From Antedon mediterranea (lineage: Eukaryota; Animalia; Echinodermata): a stretch of DNA of 64,000 nt. The translations under genes and the position numbers were made by a program. The stretch spans positions 21,514,001 through 21,578,000 of the forward strand of contig NC_092674.1 in assembly GCF_964355755.1 (NCBI RefSeq). Reading direction: 5' to 3'. Shown here piece by piece: positions 9,501 to 21,819 of the stretch. The first letter of the stretch is position 1, and each line of letters starts with the position of its first letter. Below the pieces are notes generated by a model that was given only the letters and a program-made list of their open reading frames with translations, did no database searches and was not told the origin of the DNA.

Positions 9501-11873
9501 TTACCATCCACAGTCTCAAGGGGCACTTGAGAGATTTCATCAAACACTTAAGAATATGCTTAAAACCTATTTTTTTCAATGTGAAAAGGGATGAGGGAGT
9601 TCCCTTATTGTTATTCGCTGTTCGTGAAACAGTGCAAGAGTCCTTAGGGTTTAGCCCATTTGAGTTGGTGTATGGTCATTCGGTCCGAATGGTCAAATAG
9701 CCTAGTAAAAGGCTGTTATGGAATGCAGAAGAGTCTGTATCGATACTAGATTATGTGTCTGAATTTCGTGATCGATTAAATCGTGCTCGTGAGATGGCTA
9801 GAAAGAATCTTGTGAAGGCTCAGGGTAAAATGAAGAGATTGTTTGATAGGAAATCAGAAAAGAGAAGCTTTAATTCAGGTGATGAAGTGTTAGTTATGTT
9901 GCCTCTTCCCAGTCAACCATTATCTGCAAGATTTGCTGGTCCTTACAAAGTATTAGAAAGAGTAGGAGAAGTTGACTATGTGTTAGATACTACAGATAGG
10001 CGTGAAAAGAAGCGACTGTGTCATATAAACATGTTGAAACCAAACACAGCGAGAAATAATAGTGATACCTGTACGTCAACACCAGTTACGTGTGTTGTTG
10101 AAGAGAATTCTGAAGAGTTTGGGGATCCTGATACATGTGTTAAGTTCAGTAATTCAGATGTCCTTGCAAACATTGAAGAAAAAGTTGGTCATTTATCTCG
10201 TGATCGTAAGGTTGAAATTGTTAGTTTGATATTTGGAAATCTGCAGTTGTTTTCCGATGTTCCAGGTCGAACGAACTTAGTGGAGCATGACGTTAAGACA
10301 GCTGATTGTTCACCAATAAAACAAAATCCATATAGAGCAAATCCGTCCAAGATGAAGATATTAGAAAATGAGATTGATTACATGATTAAGAATGATATAA
10401 TCGAGCCTAGTTGTAGTTCTTGGAGTTCTCCATGTATATTAGTTCCGAAGCTAGATAAATCGTATCGTTTTGTACTGATTATCGGAAGGTTAATGCCAAA
10501 TCTACTACAGATTCATATCCCATACCGAGGATAGATGACTGCATTGATCGTGTGGGTAGTGCTAAGTTTGTCAGTAAATTTGATCTTCTAAAGGGTTACT
10601 GGCGAATTCCTTTAACCGAGCGAGCGAAAGAAGTGTCAGCTTTTGTAACTCCCATGGGTCTTTATCAGTATAAAGTCATGCTTTTCGGTTTAAAGAATGC
10701 ACCAGCCACGTTCCAGAGATTGGTTAATGGTATAATTTCAGGGTTGGAGGGCTGTGAAGCTTATATAGACGATTTGGTTGTTTATAGTGATACAAGGGAT
10801 GTTCATGTGCAGAGAATTAAGGCATTGTTTTGGAGATTATCAGCTGCAAAGTTGACAGTAAATTTTGTGAAAAGCGAGTTTTCCTGTGCAGAAATTGTGT
10901 TCTTAGGTCATAAAGATTAAGGCAGTCTGTGATTTCCCAGTTCCAAAGAGTAAGCAGGAGTTAATGCGGTTCCTGGGAATGGCTGGGTTTTATCGACGTT
11001 TTTGCAGAAGTTTCTCAATGCTTGTAGCTCTATTAAAGAATCTGCTGAAAAAGAATGCGAACTTTGTGTGGTTGGAGGAATGCAATAATGCGTTCATTAA
11101 AGTTAAAGCGATGTTATCAAACGAACCGGTGTTGATGGCTCCACAATTTGATAAACAGTTCTCGTTGATGATTAATGCCAGTGATGTTGGTCCTGGTGCT
11201 GTCTTGGCGCAAATGGTGTTGACAAGCCTGTGTGTTTCTACTCGAGAAAATTCAACCAGCATGAGAAACGTTATTCTACTGTTGAGAAGGAGACATTAAC
11301 TTTGATGTCAGCGTTAAAGCACTTTGAAGTGTATCCATGGATCTACTCCGTTTCCAATTGTAGTTTGGACTGACCACAACCCATTAACGTTCTTGGCAAG
11401 AATGAAGGACAAGAATCAACGCCTGTTGAGATGGAGTTTAGCAGTTCAAGAAATGAATCTGGAAATTCATCATATCAGAGGAAAAGACAATGTTGTAGCT
11501 GACGCTTTGTCAAGAGTTTAGATAAAACATGCATGAAATGATTCTTAAAAGTTTTGTTGATTTTAAAAGTGTTAATTATAATATGTTAGTTGTGATAGAG
11601 TGATGCATTAATGGCATACACGGATTTAAAGTAAAGTCATTAGAACTTGTGAAATTTTAAAGAAGCAGTTGAAGTAAATTCATATCAACGACCTGTTAAA
11701 ATAACTACTGTATAAGAAGTAATTTAAGATGTTATAGTAAAAAGTTATAAGTTTAATCATATCAAACTTTCTTTAAGGGGGGGGGGGGGGTGATGGGTTT
11801 GTCAAATGGAAGTGAGCCCGTGTTTTGTTATGTTCTTATTGTTGGTTTCAGCCTAACGAGCGAGCCCGTAACA
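6534..11873 (+). mobile_element. Gmr1-type Gypsy LTR retrotransposon, near full length, frameshifted
   Basis: Short LTRs 6534-6662 and ~11790-11873; PBS TGGGGGG..TCC resembling tRNA-Pro complement; G-rich PPT; gag (SCAN-like, CCHC), protease LRDTGA, integrase (GHLG..KT, SDQGSNF, ERFH) before RT (YIDD) and RNase H (TDH.PL, ADALSR). Confidence 0.92.
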
Positions 11874-12555
11874 CAGAATAAAATTCTTCTTAACTTCATT
11901 CACTTTAAAAGATGGGTATTTTTTACAGAATCTGTGGAGAATAATATTGCAAAAAAAATAGAAATGAGTATAATGTCCATATTAAAAAATGGGAACCATT
12001 ATTAGAAAGAGATAATGACAATTAAAATGAAATACACCCACAAGCGTCTGCAATATTCCTTTGTTTCGCCTTTAGTAAATTTGACAAATTTTTTTTTCTT
12101 TTATTGTTTTGTAACCTGGGTCAAAGATTTATTGACATGTCTAATGGATATGGGGGATGGGATTTGACTTTGTAAACCAAATCAAGGTATAGGAGTTGAT
12201 AAGGAAAAACTTGGTAATCCTTTTTTACAAGATGTTATAATAGCCTGGTTTTAAACTAAACAAGGCCAACAGCCTTCATTTCAACAGTCGCGTGCTAAAA
12301 CGCATAGTGATACCGGACCGACAGACAGACCGACAGACCGACCGACCGACCGACATAGTGAACTATAGAGTCGCGTCCACGCGACTAAAAAGGATTTAAC
12401 ATTTAAAATAAATAAGAAAAGAGAGAAAGACAATTGAGATAATGTGACCTTCTGAAACGTCTATGTTTTTTCTTTTTTTCTGTTTTTTTTTGTAAAGTTA
12501 TGTATTGTAATATATTTGACAAAATGAAAAAATAAAAGTTTTTGAGAAAAAAAAA
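11874..12555 (+). mobile_element. L1/Tx1 ORF2 C-terminal and 3' tail fragments
   Basis: 'E.NIA.K....VHIKKWEPL' ORF end, 'NPFLQDVIIAWF', AATAAA and poly-A near 12530-12555. Confidence 0.55.
12260..12390 (+). mobile_element. Short DINE/Helentron-like non-autonomous element
   Basis: ACAAGGCC start, (GACA/GACC)n microsatellite, terminal hairpin AGTCGCG-TCCA-CGCGACT then A-tract. Confidence 0.6.
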
Positions 12556-12618
12556 ATAAATAAATCAAAGTATTTTTTTAAAAACTCTACTTACTAAACA
12601 ATACTTATTATTAGGTTA

Positions 12619-13516
12619 ACAAGGCCAACAGCCATTAAGTCGCGTGCTACAATGCATAATGATACTTGACCGACAGACAGACCGACAGACAGACCGACCG
12701 ACATAGTGAACTATAGTCGCGTCCACGCGACTAAAAAGGCATAATTTTGACGAATTTTTTAACTTTTTCATCAAAAACGTGCGCAAATTATCCAATTCGA
12801 CGTGCTCGTATGACGTAATTTAAGTCGAAATTGTTTAAAAGATGGTAAAATTATTAGAAAAGGCTGCAAAAACATAAATCACGCGGAAAAAGTATGTATT
12901 TAACGCTACGTGCGTACCACGCGCGTAAAATTTGCGCGCGTTTGGGAATTTTTGACATGCTCAAAATGACAAGAAACGCGTAGAAAGTTGATTAAAAATG
13001 AATTTTGCGCATTTTAAAATTTTAAATGCGCGTGCGCGCGTAACTTTGTGGCTTTGTGACTCATGGCAATTTTGTAAACGCTTAAAATTGCCTGAAACGT
13101 ACTCTTATTTCATCAAAAATAAATTTTGAAAATTTTAAGCGCGCGTACGCATGCTTTACATGCGCTACGCACGTAATTGTATTGCCATATGATGATTTAT
13201 GCCCTGAAATTTATGAGTACCAAATTTTATTTAATTGTGATTCATGGTTGTGAAGATATGATTACAAACGTGATTTCGTTAAATCGTGCGTAGACCGCGT
13301 AATTTGTTATTGCGCACCTTGAAAACATAACCACATCGATTCCTGGCCATAAGGAATATACTGTGAAAAATTGACTTAGCTAGATTAAACTGATATCAAG
13401 AGAAGGTCATAAAGCGATAAAACGCATAGTGATACCGGACCGACAGACAGACCGACAGACCGACAGACCGACAGACCGACATAGTGAACTATAGAGTCGC
13501 TTCCACGCGACTAAAA
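12619..13516 (+). mobile_element. Two further DINE/Helentron-like copies (12619-12736 and a longer copy ending at 13516)
   Basis: Same (GACA)n + hairpin + AAAAA 3' module; CG-rich internal region. Confidence 0.6.
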
Positions 13517-13544
13517 ATTTGACTTAAGAATCAAATATATACAT

Positions 13545-13756
13545 CTATAAATCTACTTGAGTTCTGATTAAAATACAATAAAATATGAAATTGGCTGTAG
13601 ATAAGACATGAGTCTGGGTGTCAGCGCCCAGCCAAAGCAAAACGGGGAAATTGAGTTTTGACGCGCAGGACGTATGTTTAGTCTTAACTAAAACAAGAGG
13701 ATTAAACCACATCCGCCGCCGCTTATAAAGTCCCTCCAGCGATATGTTATGCATGA
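13545..13756 (-). CDS. Host secreted multidomain protein, putative last exon 17
   Basis: AG acceptor in phase 1 continuing the reading frame to a stop; weakest exon of the model. Confidence 0.45.
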
Positions 13757-13898
13757 CTTGGCAAATTAAAGCACCCTCTATCTGGTTCTATCGCTCAATT
13801 ACAATTATACTTGTCTGCTAAGTGACACAAAACTATTTTCCTATAAGCTTCGGAAAATTATCTTTGTGGGTACTAAGTAATGATATAAAATAACTCAC

Positions 13899-14102
13899 AC
13901 AACCAGTTGTCTTCACTAGTTCCAGCCGTCTTGAAATCCGGCAAACGTTTTGTTATCGAGTCCCACACGTCTTTACTGACAAACTCCCAATTTGCACCAT
14001 AATCCTTACTGCGCATGAAACTGCGCATGTCCATGTGAATACCATAGATAACTCCCGTGCGTTGGTCAGATCCAATGACATTGTGCAGGCTCATTGGTAG
14101 AG
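13899..14102 (-). CDS. Host gene exon 16 (Asp-box/BNR-like SKDYGANW)
   Basis: AG/GT boundaries, phase 1-1, open frame. Confidence 0.8.
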
Positions 14103-14554
14103 CTAATGAAGAATATTTATATGTTTATACATATTATTTATGTTTTTATGATAATAGTACTGGGACAGATTTTTCATTTTGACATAAGAAAAATATTAAT
14201 AAATGCAATGTTCTGTTTAGGTGCCTTTTTTAAATTGTAAAGTTATGAAAAGAAAAGGGCAAATTGTTGTGTTGATGCTAGGCATTGAAGGTATGACGTA
14301 TTGACAAAACAAAAAAAATGTAGGCCTAGGCCTAACCATTCACTGTTAATTGTCTGCAAATAAAAAAAATCTCCGGGAGAAAGTGCCGGTTTACTTATTG
14401 ATTTATTAAGTTAGAGATTTCTCTTCCTGTCTATATCGTTGAGTATGACCCGTGGAAGTTAAGCTCTAAAAATAGAAGTGTTTTGATATATCAGTCAGCC
14501 TAAGGTCAGTGAAGTTCTTTGAGGGACATTGTGAAAACAATCCTCTTGTTTTAC

Positions 14555-14707
14555 CTTTCCAGCGTCCGTCTGGTGGATTATCTTGTACATAGCAGGCCGG
14601 AACAACCTTGTCTGATAGACGTCCAACTGAAGGATTACAAGCAAAAATGACGTCATTATCCGGATCATCCAACTTCTTAGTTATGACAAAACCCCGGTCA
14701 TAATAAT
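14555..14707 (-). CDS. Host gene exon 15
   Basis: tttaacag|..|gtaaaa, phase 1-1, DYYDRGF...CY...W. Confidence 0.8.
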
Positions 14708-14845
14708 CTGTTAAAATAATACAACAAACCGATAAAAAATATCTATCATGAGTTGGTGACCATTAAATCCACCTATCCGCATAATATTTTAAACAAATAT
14801 GAAAATGAATGTAACAGAGTATTTAACTGGAATAATGTATGGTTA

Positions 14846-16062
14846 GGCCAAAAAAAAAAAATAGTTTGTTTGCTGTCATCCGCCGCCCCTAATTTCGCCA
14901 ACAATTTGGGGCCGGGCGGAGATAAAAAAAAGTTTTTTTTTTACGTTGAGGGCGCTTTAAAAAAAAAGTTTGTTTATGATTTTTTTTGGCCGAAATTGAG
15001 TGTGCGAGGATGAAACAATAAAAATAATAACGTAGCGTATATTTCGGTGTATAATCGCACTTTTGACACGCAAATTTAACCTCTAAATTAAGGGTGCATC
15101 TTATACACCGAACATAAATGCCTCAACACACAGATATCGCCACCTCGTTGGCTAGGCCTGGGCCTATTAGTATTACTAAAGTCTAAGGAGTAGGCCTAGT
15201 CTAGCTACAGTGTACTAGCGTAACGTAGCGTAACAGCAACCTGCTAGTTTTCAAGGCATTTTAGCGTGATTTTGTACTAAATATGACGACAAGATTTGTT
15301 CATTATGGAGCTGTTTTAGGCGCTCCGATAAAATTTCATTTGTAAACGTTTACGATTGGAATAGTATTATAGTTAAACGCGCGACCGTCGTACCCCCAGC
15401 GCGAACGAGCCCTTCTTGGCAACCACATTTGTGTACACAGTATTCGACTAGTATATTCTCCAGTTGATTATAGCATAGACCTAGCGTACACACTTCTAGG
15501 ATACATAAATACTAATCGAATACGATTGTCCGTGAAAACGTGCGCCTCTCGATAAAAGGATCGAGCGAGGTTAGCCCACACACACGTGTGGTCATGCACT
15601 CGATGTTACGGGTGCGAAACTCATGAATAACAAGTTAGAAAAAACTGACGGAATGGGGGACCTCCCTTCTTGTTGAGGCTGGGCGCGGCCGTCTTATACA
15701 TCGACGATATACAAAATACCGATATTTTACTTTCAGTTAAGGGGTGCGTTTTATACACAGGTGCGACTTATACACCGAAATATACGGTACACTAACTTCT
15801 AAAATATTTAATTAGGCCTGCTAACAATGACCTACTGTGTAGTAGGCCTAGGCTAGTTTAGACACGGGGCCTAACGCACCCAAAACAGAATTAAAGTGTG
15901 AAACAAATTATGAATAGATGTTTGAGCTCGTTGTTTTATTCAGTGTGTTTTGTTACTCTCAAATTCGCGTACAATTAAAAGAGAAATTAACATTAAAAAA
16001 AAAAAAAAAAAAAAAACTTTTTTCCACCCGTTTGACAGCAAACAAACAATTTTTTTTAGGCC
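14846..16062. mobile_element. MITE with GGCC termini and TTA target duplication (Zator or PIF/Harbinger-like)
   Basis: TIR GGCC-A(n)-..GTTTGTTTGCTGTCA / TGACAGCAAACAAAC..GGCC; TTA on both sides. Confidence 0.75.
15035..15787. mobile_element. Nested Tc1/pogo-like MITE
   Basis: TIR CGTATATTTCGGTGTATAA.TCGCAC / GTGCGACTTATACACCGAAATATACGG; TA flanks. Confidence 0.7.
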
Positions 16063-16239
16063 TTATTGAAACTTTACACAATTAAAGAAAGAAGTTGATG
16101 AATTTTATCTCTAACTTTATTTACAGATGTCAAACAATTTTGTTTAAATGGAATTCATCTAATACTGCCCTATGAAAAGTGTGTAGAATACAGAGAACAG
16201 AAATATATTGGTCCAAAAGTAAATTCGTTTTGTTGACAA

Positions 16240-17760
16240 GCTCTCAAACAATTAATTATAAATATAAAAAGTCATGAATACAAAAATACAAGATCTTATA
16301 CAAAATACGAATAAAATCGAACATAGACAAAATATAACATACTAGGCCTATATCGTAAATATCTATACAAATATATAACAAATATATATATTAGCAGTAT
16401 TATATACAGTTAAAATTGTTCAATCTATCTTTTAATAGTTGCGTTATATAAATAGCAAGAATTTGGAACAAATGACTTTCGATGATCTCATCTTAGTGGA
16501 CGTAGCCTGAAACCCGATCTGTTTAAAACGTAGTACTTATTTAGTGGGTGTGTGTGGTCATTCATAATCATGTTAACTTAATGCAATACTTTTTCTTCAT
16601 ATGTTTGTTGAATAGTTGGTAGGTCAGAGCCAATAATTTTGCCAGCACGCTTCCTAACTCGTTCTAATTTTTCTTTTTTTCTCATTTTTAAGACCAATAA
16701 ACAGCGATATTGGACTAATGGTTAAAACACTTCGTACTTTAGCCCTATAGAACATCGTTAATATAGTATTATCAATTTTATATAGTTTTAGTTTTCTTAA
16801 GAAATATAGCCTTTGATTTGCTTTTTTAAACACGGTATTTATTTGAGTATTACATTTGAGACCGGAGATTACAGTATCATCCGCGTATTTTATCATTGAG
16901 GTTGTACTGCCTAACGTTTCATAGTCGAAAGTATAATTATAGCTAAAACAAAAACGGCGAAAAGACGCATCCCGTATTGCAAAGCGTATGCGAACGTATT
17001 GAGGTCTCTGTTGCACAAAGTCTATGGTCAGAATTGAGAGATGGGAATTTCTGAAGTTTACCAGAGCTTGGGAATTTTTCCACGTTCCATGGATTTATTA
17101 CAAATTTCGCAGAAAACTCCCGACAGTTGATCACAGCATGACTTTAGAACCCGATTTGGAACCATATTCTGGCCCTGTCGCCTTGTTGATTTTAACTTTC
17201 TTAAAACACGATCGAACCTCTCCTTCATTTATTTCGATTTTTCCACTCACCTCACCTTTCTTTATTTAATTGTTCCTTAAAATCATCTATCTCTTTTGAA
17301 AAATCATGTTGATCAAAACGGCAGAACAATGTGTTAAGATCATCTATAGTATTCGACTCATTTTTTGGCTGTGACGAATTTCTTTTATTTTGACTACCAT
17401 AGCCAGTGATATCCTGCATGGTTTGCTAAGCCGCTTTGACATCGTTCTAACTTTCTTTTATACTTTGCCAAATTCTTTTAAATTTCTAACGCAATCTGTT
17501 TTTGCTTTTCTTTCACTATATCAGTATGTCCCTTTGAGAAAGTGCTTTAAGTTCTTTCGTAAACCATTTTTGTATTATTTGGGTAAATCACTTTCGATTT
17601 CTTGGAATAATAGAGTCTGTAGGCCTACAGAACTTGATATATCCACTGATAGCTTCCACAGTTTCATTTATATCGCAGCGGTCATTTTCAAACACTGACC
17701 AACGTAACATAAGGAAGATGATTATAATCATATGTTTGTTTCATGTAGGGTGGTAGTTAG
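16240..17760 (-). mobile_element. Decayed, internally deleted Rex/Babar-like LINE
   Basis: KYADDT, 'KKANQRLYFLRKL....IL..FY', 'KATGP', 'YIKFC..DSIIP..PWF'. Confidence 0.75.
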
Positions 17761-17837
17761 TTTCTGGAGAAAATTTAGTTTGTTTTTACGCAAGTTAAAA
17801 CTGCCAGATATTGAGGATTAGGTGTATTTTTTAATAC

Positions 17838-18070
17838 GGCCGCCAGATAATTAAGTGGCGGCCGCCAGATAATTAAGTGGCGGCCGCCAGATAATTAAGT
17901 GGCGGCCGCCAGATAATTAAGTGGCGGCCGCCAGATAATTAAGTGGCGGCCGCCAGATAATTAAGTGGCGGCCGCCAGATAATTAAGTGGCGGCCGCCAG
18001 ATAATTAAGTGGCGGCCGCCAGATAATTAAGTGGCGGCCGCCAGATAATTAAGTGGCGGCCGCCAGATAA
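17838..18070. repeat. Perfect 22-bp tandem repeat (~10.5 copies) GCCGCCAGATAATTAAGTGGCG
   Basis: Read directly; no spacers. Confidence 0.95.
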
Positions 18071-18439
18071 CAGCTTTTAAAATATAGTTAACTTGTGGTC
18101 CGAACGGGCTTCCGTAGTTACTAGCTAAAATGTTGTTTAATTAGAAAAAAAAAGTAAAAAATGAATATATTTTATATACTGTCTAGGTATGTTTTAAATT
18201 GTTAATAATAATAATAATAACACTAATAACAATAACAATAACACTAATAATAATAATAATAATAACATTATAACATACTACATACTCATATATAGCATCT
18301 GTAACAGAAGTAAAAAATATAGTATCTGTAATGTTTAATTATTTATGAAATGAGAATAACAAGGGTGGATTGGATTCATACAAAGGAAACAAAAATGATG
18401 GCATTTTTGACGTGACAATGATGAATACGAATACATAAA

Positions 18440-18700
18440 TAAATGTTAAGAAATAAATATGCCAAAAAAAGTATGCTAAAAAATGAATATGCTAAGTTAT
18501 AATTATGTTAAGAAATGAATGCTAAAATATTAATATGCTAAAATAAAGAAATTTGTTAAGAAATATATATTATGCTAAAATGATTATGTTACGAAACAAA
18601 TATACTAGAAATATAAATTGTGTTAAGAAATGTATATGCTAAAATTATTATGTTAAGAAATGAATATGCTAAAATATGAATTGTGTTATAAAATGTATAT
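18440..18700. repeat. AT-rich minisatellite (ATATGCTAAAATGATTATGTTAAGAAATGA-like); resumes at 32210-32480
   Basis: Same degenerate unit on both sides of the second Gypsy element. Confidence 0.75.
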
Positions 18701-20470
18701 TCAATAGGTTTATAGTTTTATATCTGGTTAAATTTCTATTATTTTTAAACATTCGTTTGTGAAATTGGTAACTGTTACAATGGTCTTTGAACCAGAAACG
18801 TTTTTTGCCGACCCTACCCAAGAGGTATTTAATAGTTTAAAAAAAGATGATTTGCTTAAACTAGCTACGCATCTAGGTCTAAAGGACATTGATTCCTCTA
18901 TGCGAAAGAATGACATTTAGTGTCGTTTATTAACTTAATTGGTTGACGAAGACATTTTTTATAGTAGTGTTATGTCTTCCCAAGTTGATTCAAGCATTGA
19001 TGCTAAATTAAGAGAAATTGAATTACAAAATATGAAAGAAATTGAAATTCGAAGAATTAGAGGAAAGAGATTTTAGATTAAAATTACGCGAATTAGAGCT
19101 AGCTAGTGGAATTAGTCAACCTACTTCCAATCCAAAATTTGATGTAACTAAACATATTAGACTAGTGCCACCTTTGCACGAAAAGGAAGTAGATAAATTC
19201 TGTTTACATTTCGAGAAAATTGCCGAAAATTTTAAATGGCCTAAAGAACACAGGACTTTGCTTTTACAAAGTGTACTAACTGGTAAAGCTAGAGAAATTT
19301 ATACTGATTTATCAATTGAGCAAAGCTCATCATATGATGTAGTTAAAGAACTCATCTTAAAGGGGTATGAATTAGTCCCAGAGGCCTACAGTATAGGCAA
19401 CAATTCCGACAAAAACAACGGCAAACTAACCAAACACATCTTGCATTTGCACAAACCAAAGAACGGTTATTTGATCGTTGGTGTGCATCTAAACAAACAA
19501 ATAAAGATTATGATAGGCTTAGACAACTAATTTTAATAAAAGAGTTTAAATCATGTATTACTCTTGATGTGAGGACATATCTAGATGAGCAAAAAGCTGA
19601 GACCCTAAGTCAAGCTGCTTGACTGGCTGATGACTATGCCTTAACGCATTAACAAGCATTTATTCAAAAGCCCCAGTCACAGTCAGTCATGTCTTCTGGA
19701 AACAAAGTCCAGCCTAATGCTAGTTCTCAAAGTGATACTTCTTCTACTTCGCCTAAACCAACCCGCACTTCTAACAAATTTCCATCTCCTATTATTACTT
19801 GCAATTATTGCAAAAAGACAAGGCACATTATGTCCGAATGTTTTGCCTTAAAACGAAATGAAGGAAAAAGTAAACCTTCTGGGTTGGTCTTGGTCAAGAA
19901 AAAGTAAATTTAATATTTAAAAAATTTGATATCGGACTCTGTTCTTGATGGGTACTTTCCTTTCATGTCCGATTGTTTTTTTGTCTCTAATAGGAGATGA
20001 TTTAAACCTCAAGCCAGTTAGGATCATTAGGGACACAGGTGCTTCTCAATCCTTGCTTTCCCAAGGTATTTTGCCATTTACTGATAGGTCCTACTGGGGA
20101 GGATGTCTAGTTGCAAGATATTGAATTAGGGAACTTTAACGTATCATTGCACAATATTGTTATTAAATTCGATTTTATAAACGGACCTGTAGTAGTTGGG
20201 ATTGTAAAGGAACTTCCATTTATGGGCGTCACCTTTCTTTTAGGGAATGATTTAGCTGGGGCTATGGTAAAGGACGAAAAAAAAATGGACGGAACCACAC
20301 CCGATCCTAGTATGTTCCCTGTGTTCGCTATTCGCAAATTGATGAGGTTATTTTAGGGGATACATTCCTTGCCTCTGAGTTTAATTCTCCCTCTGGTGAT
20401 ACTTTGTTTACTGGCATTATGCCTCGTGTATCTTTGACTAAGGAGATATTGATTGCTGAGCAGGTTGGCT
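18700..20470 (+). mobile_element. Second Gmr1-type Gypsy, 5' part (gag, protease), decayed
   Basis: 'FEKIA....WP.....LLLQSVL.GKA', YELVPEAY, CNYCKK..H....C, IRDTGASQ; homologous to 6534-11873. Confidence 0.85.
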
Positions 20471-20661
20471 ATTCTAACATTTATAAAAATTCATTTATTT
20501 TCCAGAAGACATAATACATATAATACAATTAAAAATACAAACACAAGAAATTGTAGAAAAGTTACGAAATCACTATGTGAGTACTCTCCTTCTGGTGCAA
20601 ACTAAAACAACATCAAAAATATAACTTGACTTCTGCTATATGCACTATTTCTGAAGATAAC

Positions 20662-21816
20662 TTTCATTTCATTTATTTTGTCTCATAAAATACAATATAA
20701 AAAAACATAGACATGAACAAGAAAACATCACACAAAACCAGGCAGAGACAGGATTCCTAAAAAGCGAACTTAATCACTATCTAGTAGGTCTCCTATTGCA
20801 CTGATTGTATAAAAAACATTTAGAATAAAATTTGTAAAAACATTAAAAATGCATATATAACTATATCAAAATAAATTAAAATATAATATTACAATATCAT
20901 TAAAAATCGCAAAATCTTACTTAAACTATATTTTAAGCTTATTTATAAAAGTCTTAATACCTGTATTTAAAATTAAAGAATCCCTTATTTCTACCGGTAG
21001 TTCCTCCCATGCACGGGGAAATAATTGTGGAAAATTGAGTATTTTAAAGAATTTGTCCTGGTGAAAGGGTGTACAAATATGAGATGATCACCGTGACGAG
21101 GGTTGATTGAAATATGGTTTAAAATATCCACAGTATATGCCATAAAGACATTTGACAATAAATGACATGGATAAGAGTTGGAAAAGTTTTTCAAGTGAAC
21201 TTAATCCTAAAACATTAAGACGTCGTTCATAGGAAATATCGTCCTCATAGAAACACAATTTAGTCATTCGGCGTTGGACTTGTTCCAATTAGTAGAGAGG
21301 TAACCAAGCAGGTATACCATATTCAATAATCGGACGTACAATAGCACAGAATAATTTTGGAATTACAATAGTGTCTCTGCAACGAACAATGCGCTTAATA
21401 AAACCCATTAATTTCGAAGCTTTTGATATTGTCAGAGACACATGTAATCCCCAAACTAATTTCCAAAAGTTACCCCAATGTATGTATGTATGAGGTAACC
21501 TGGCTCAAGGTGTCAACCCCTATTTTATAATTATTACCAAGTTTACTTAACCCAGATGACCTTGTTATGCGCATACATTTACATTTTGTTGAATTCAGAA
21601 GCATTTTATTGGTTATGCTCCATTGAAGAATACAGGTTAAATCATTCTGAAGTGACTGATGGTCTTCAGGAGATCTACTGTAATAGCTCTATATATAACT
21701 GTATCGTCTGCATATTGCAATATATGAGATGAGATAACAGCTGGCATATCAAAAACAAAGATATTAAATAACATGGGACCTAAAACTGATCCCTGAGGAA
21801 CGCCAGACTGAACATT
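20662..21816 (-). mobile_element. CR1-group LINE 3' part (continues at 27937-30510)
   Basis: [16 protein letters not shown], 'LEQVQRR.TK', TTCAT-repeat tail on the + strand at 20662. Confidence 0.85.
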
Positions 21817-21819
21817 ACA

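Noticed and set aside
17838-18070. CRISPR-like array of palindromic repeats
   Set aside because: Units abut with no unique spacers, there are no cas genes, and the context is a eukaryotic intron.
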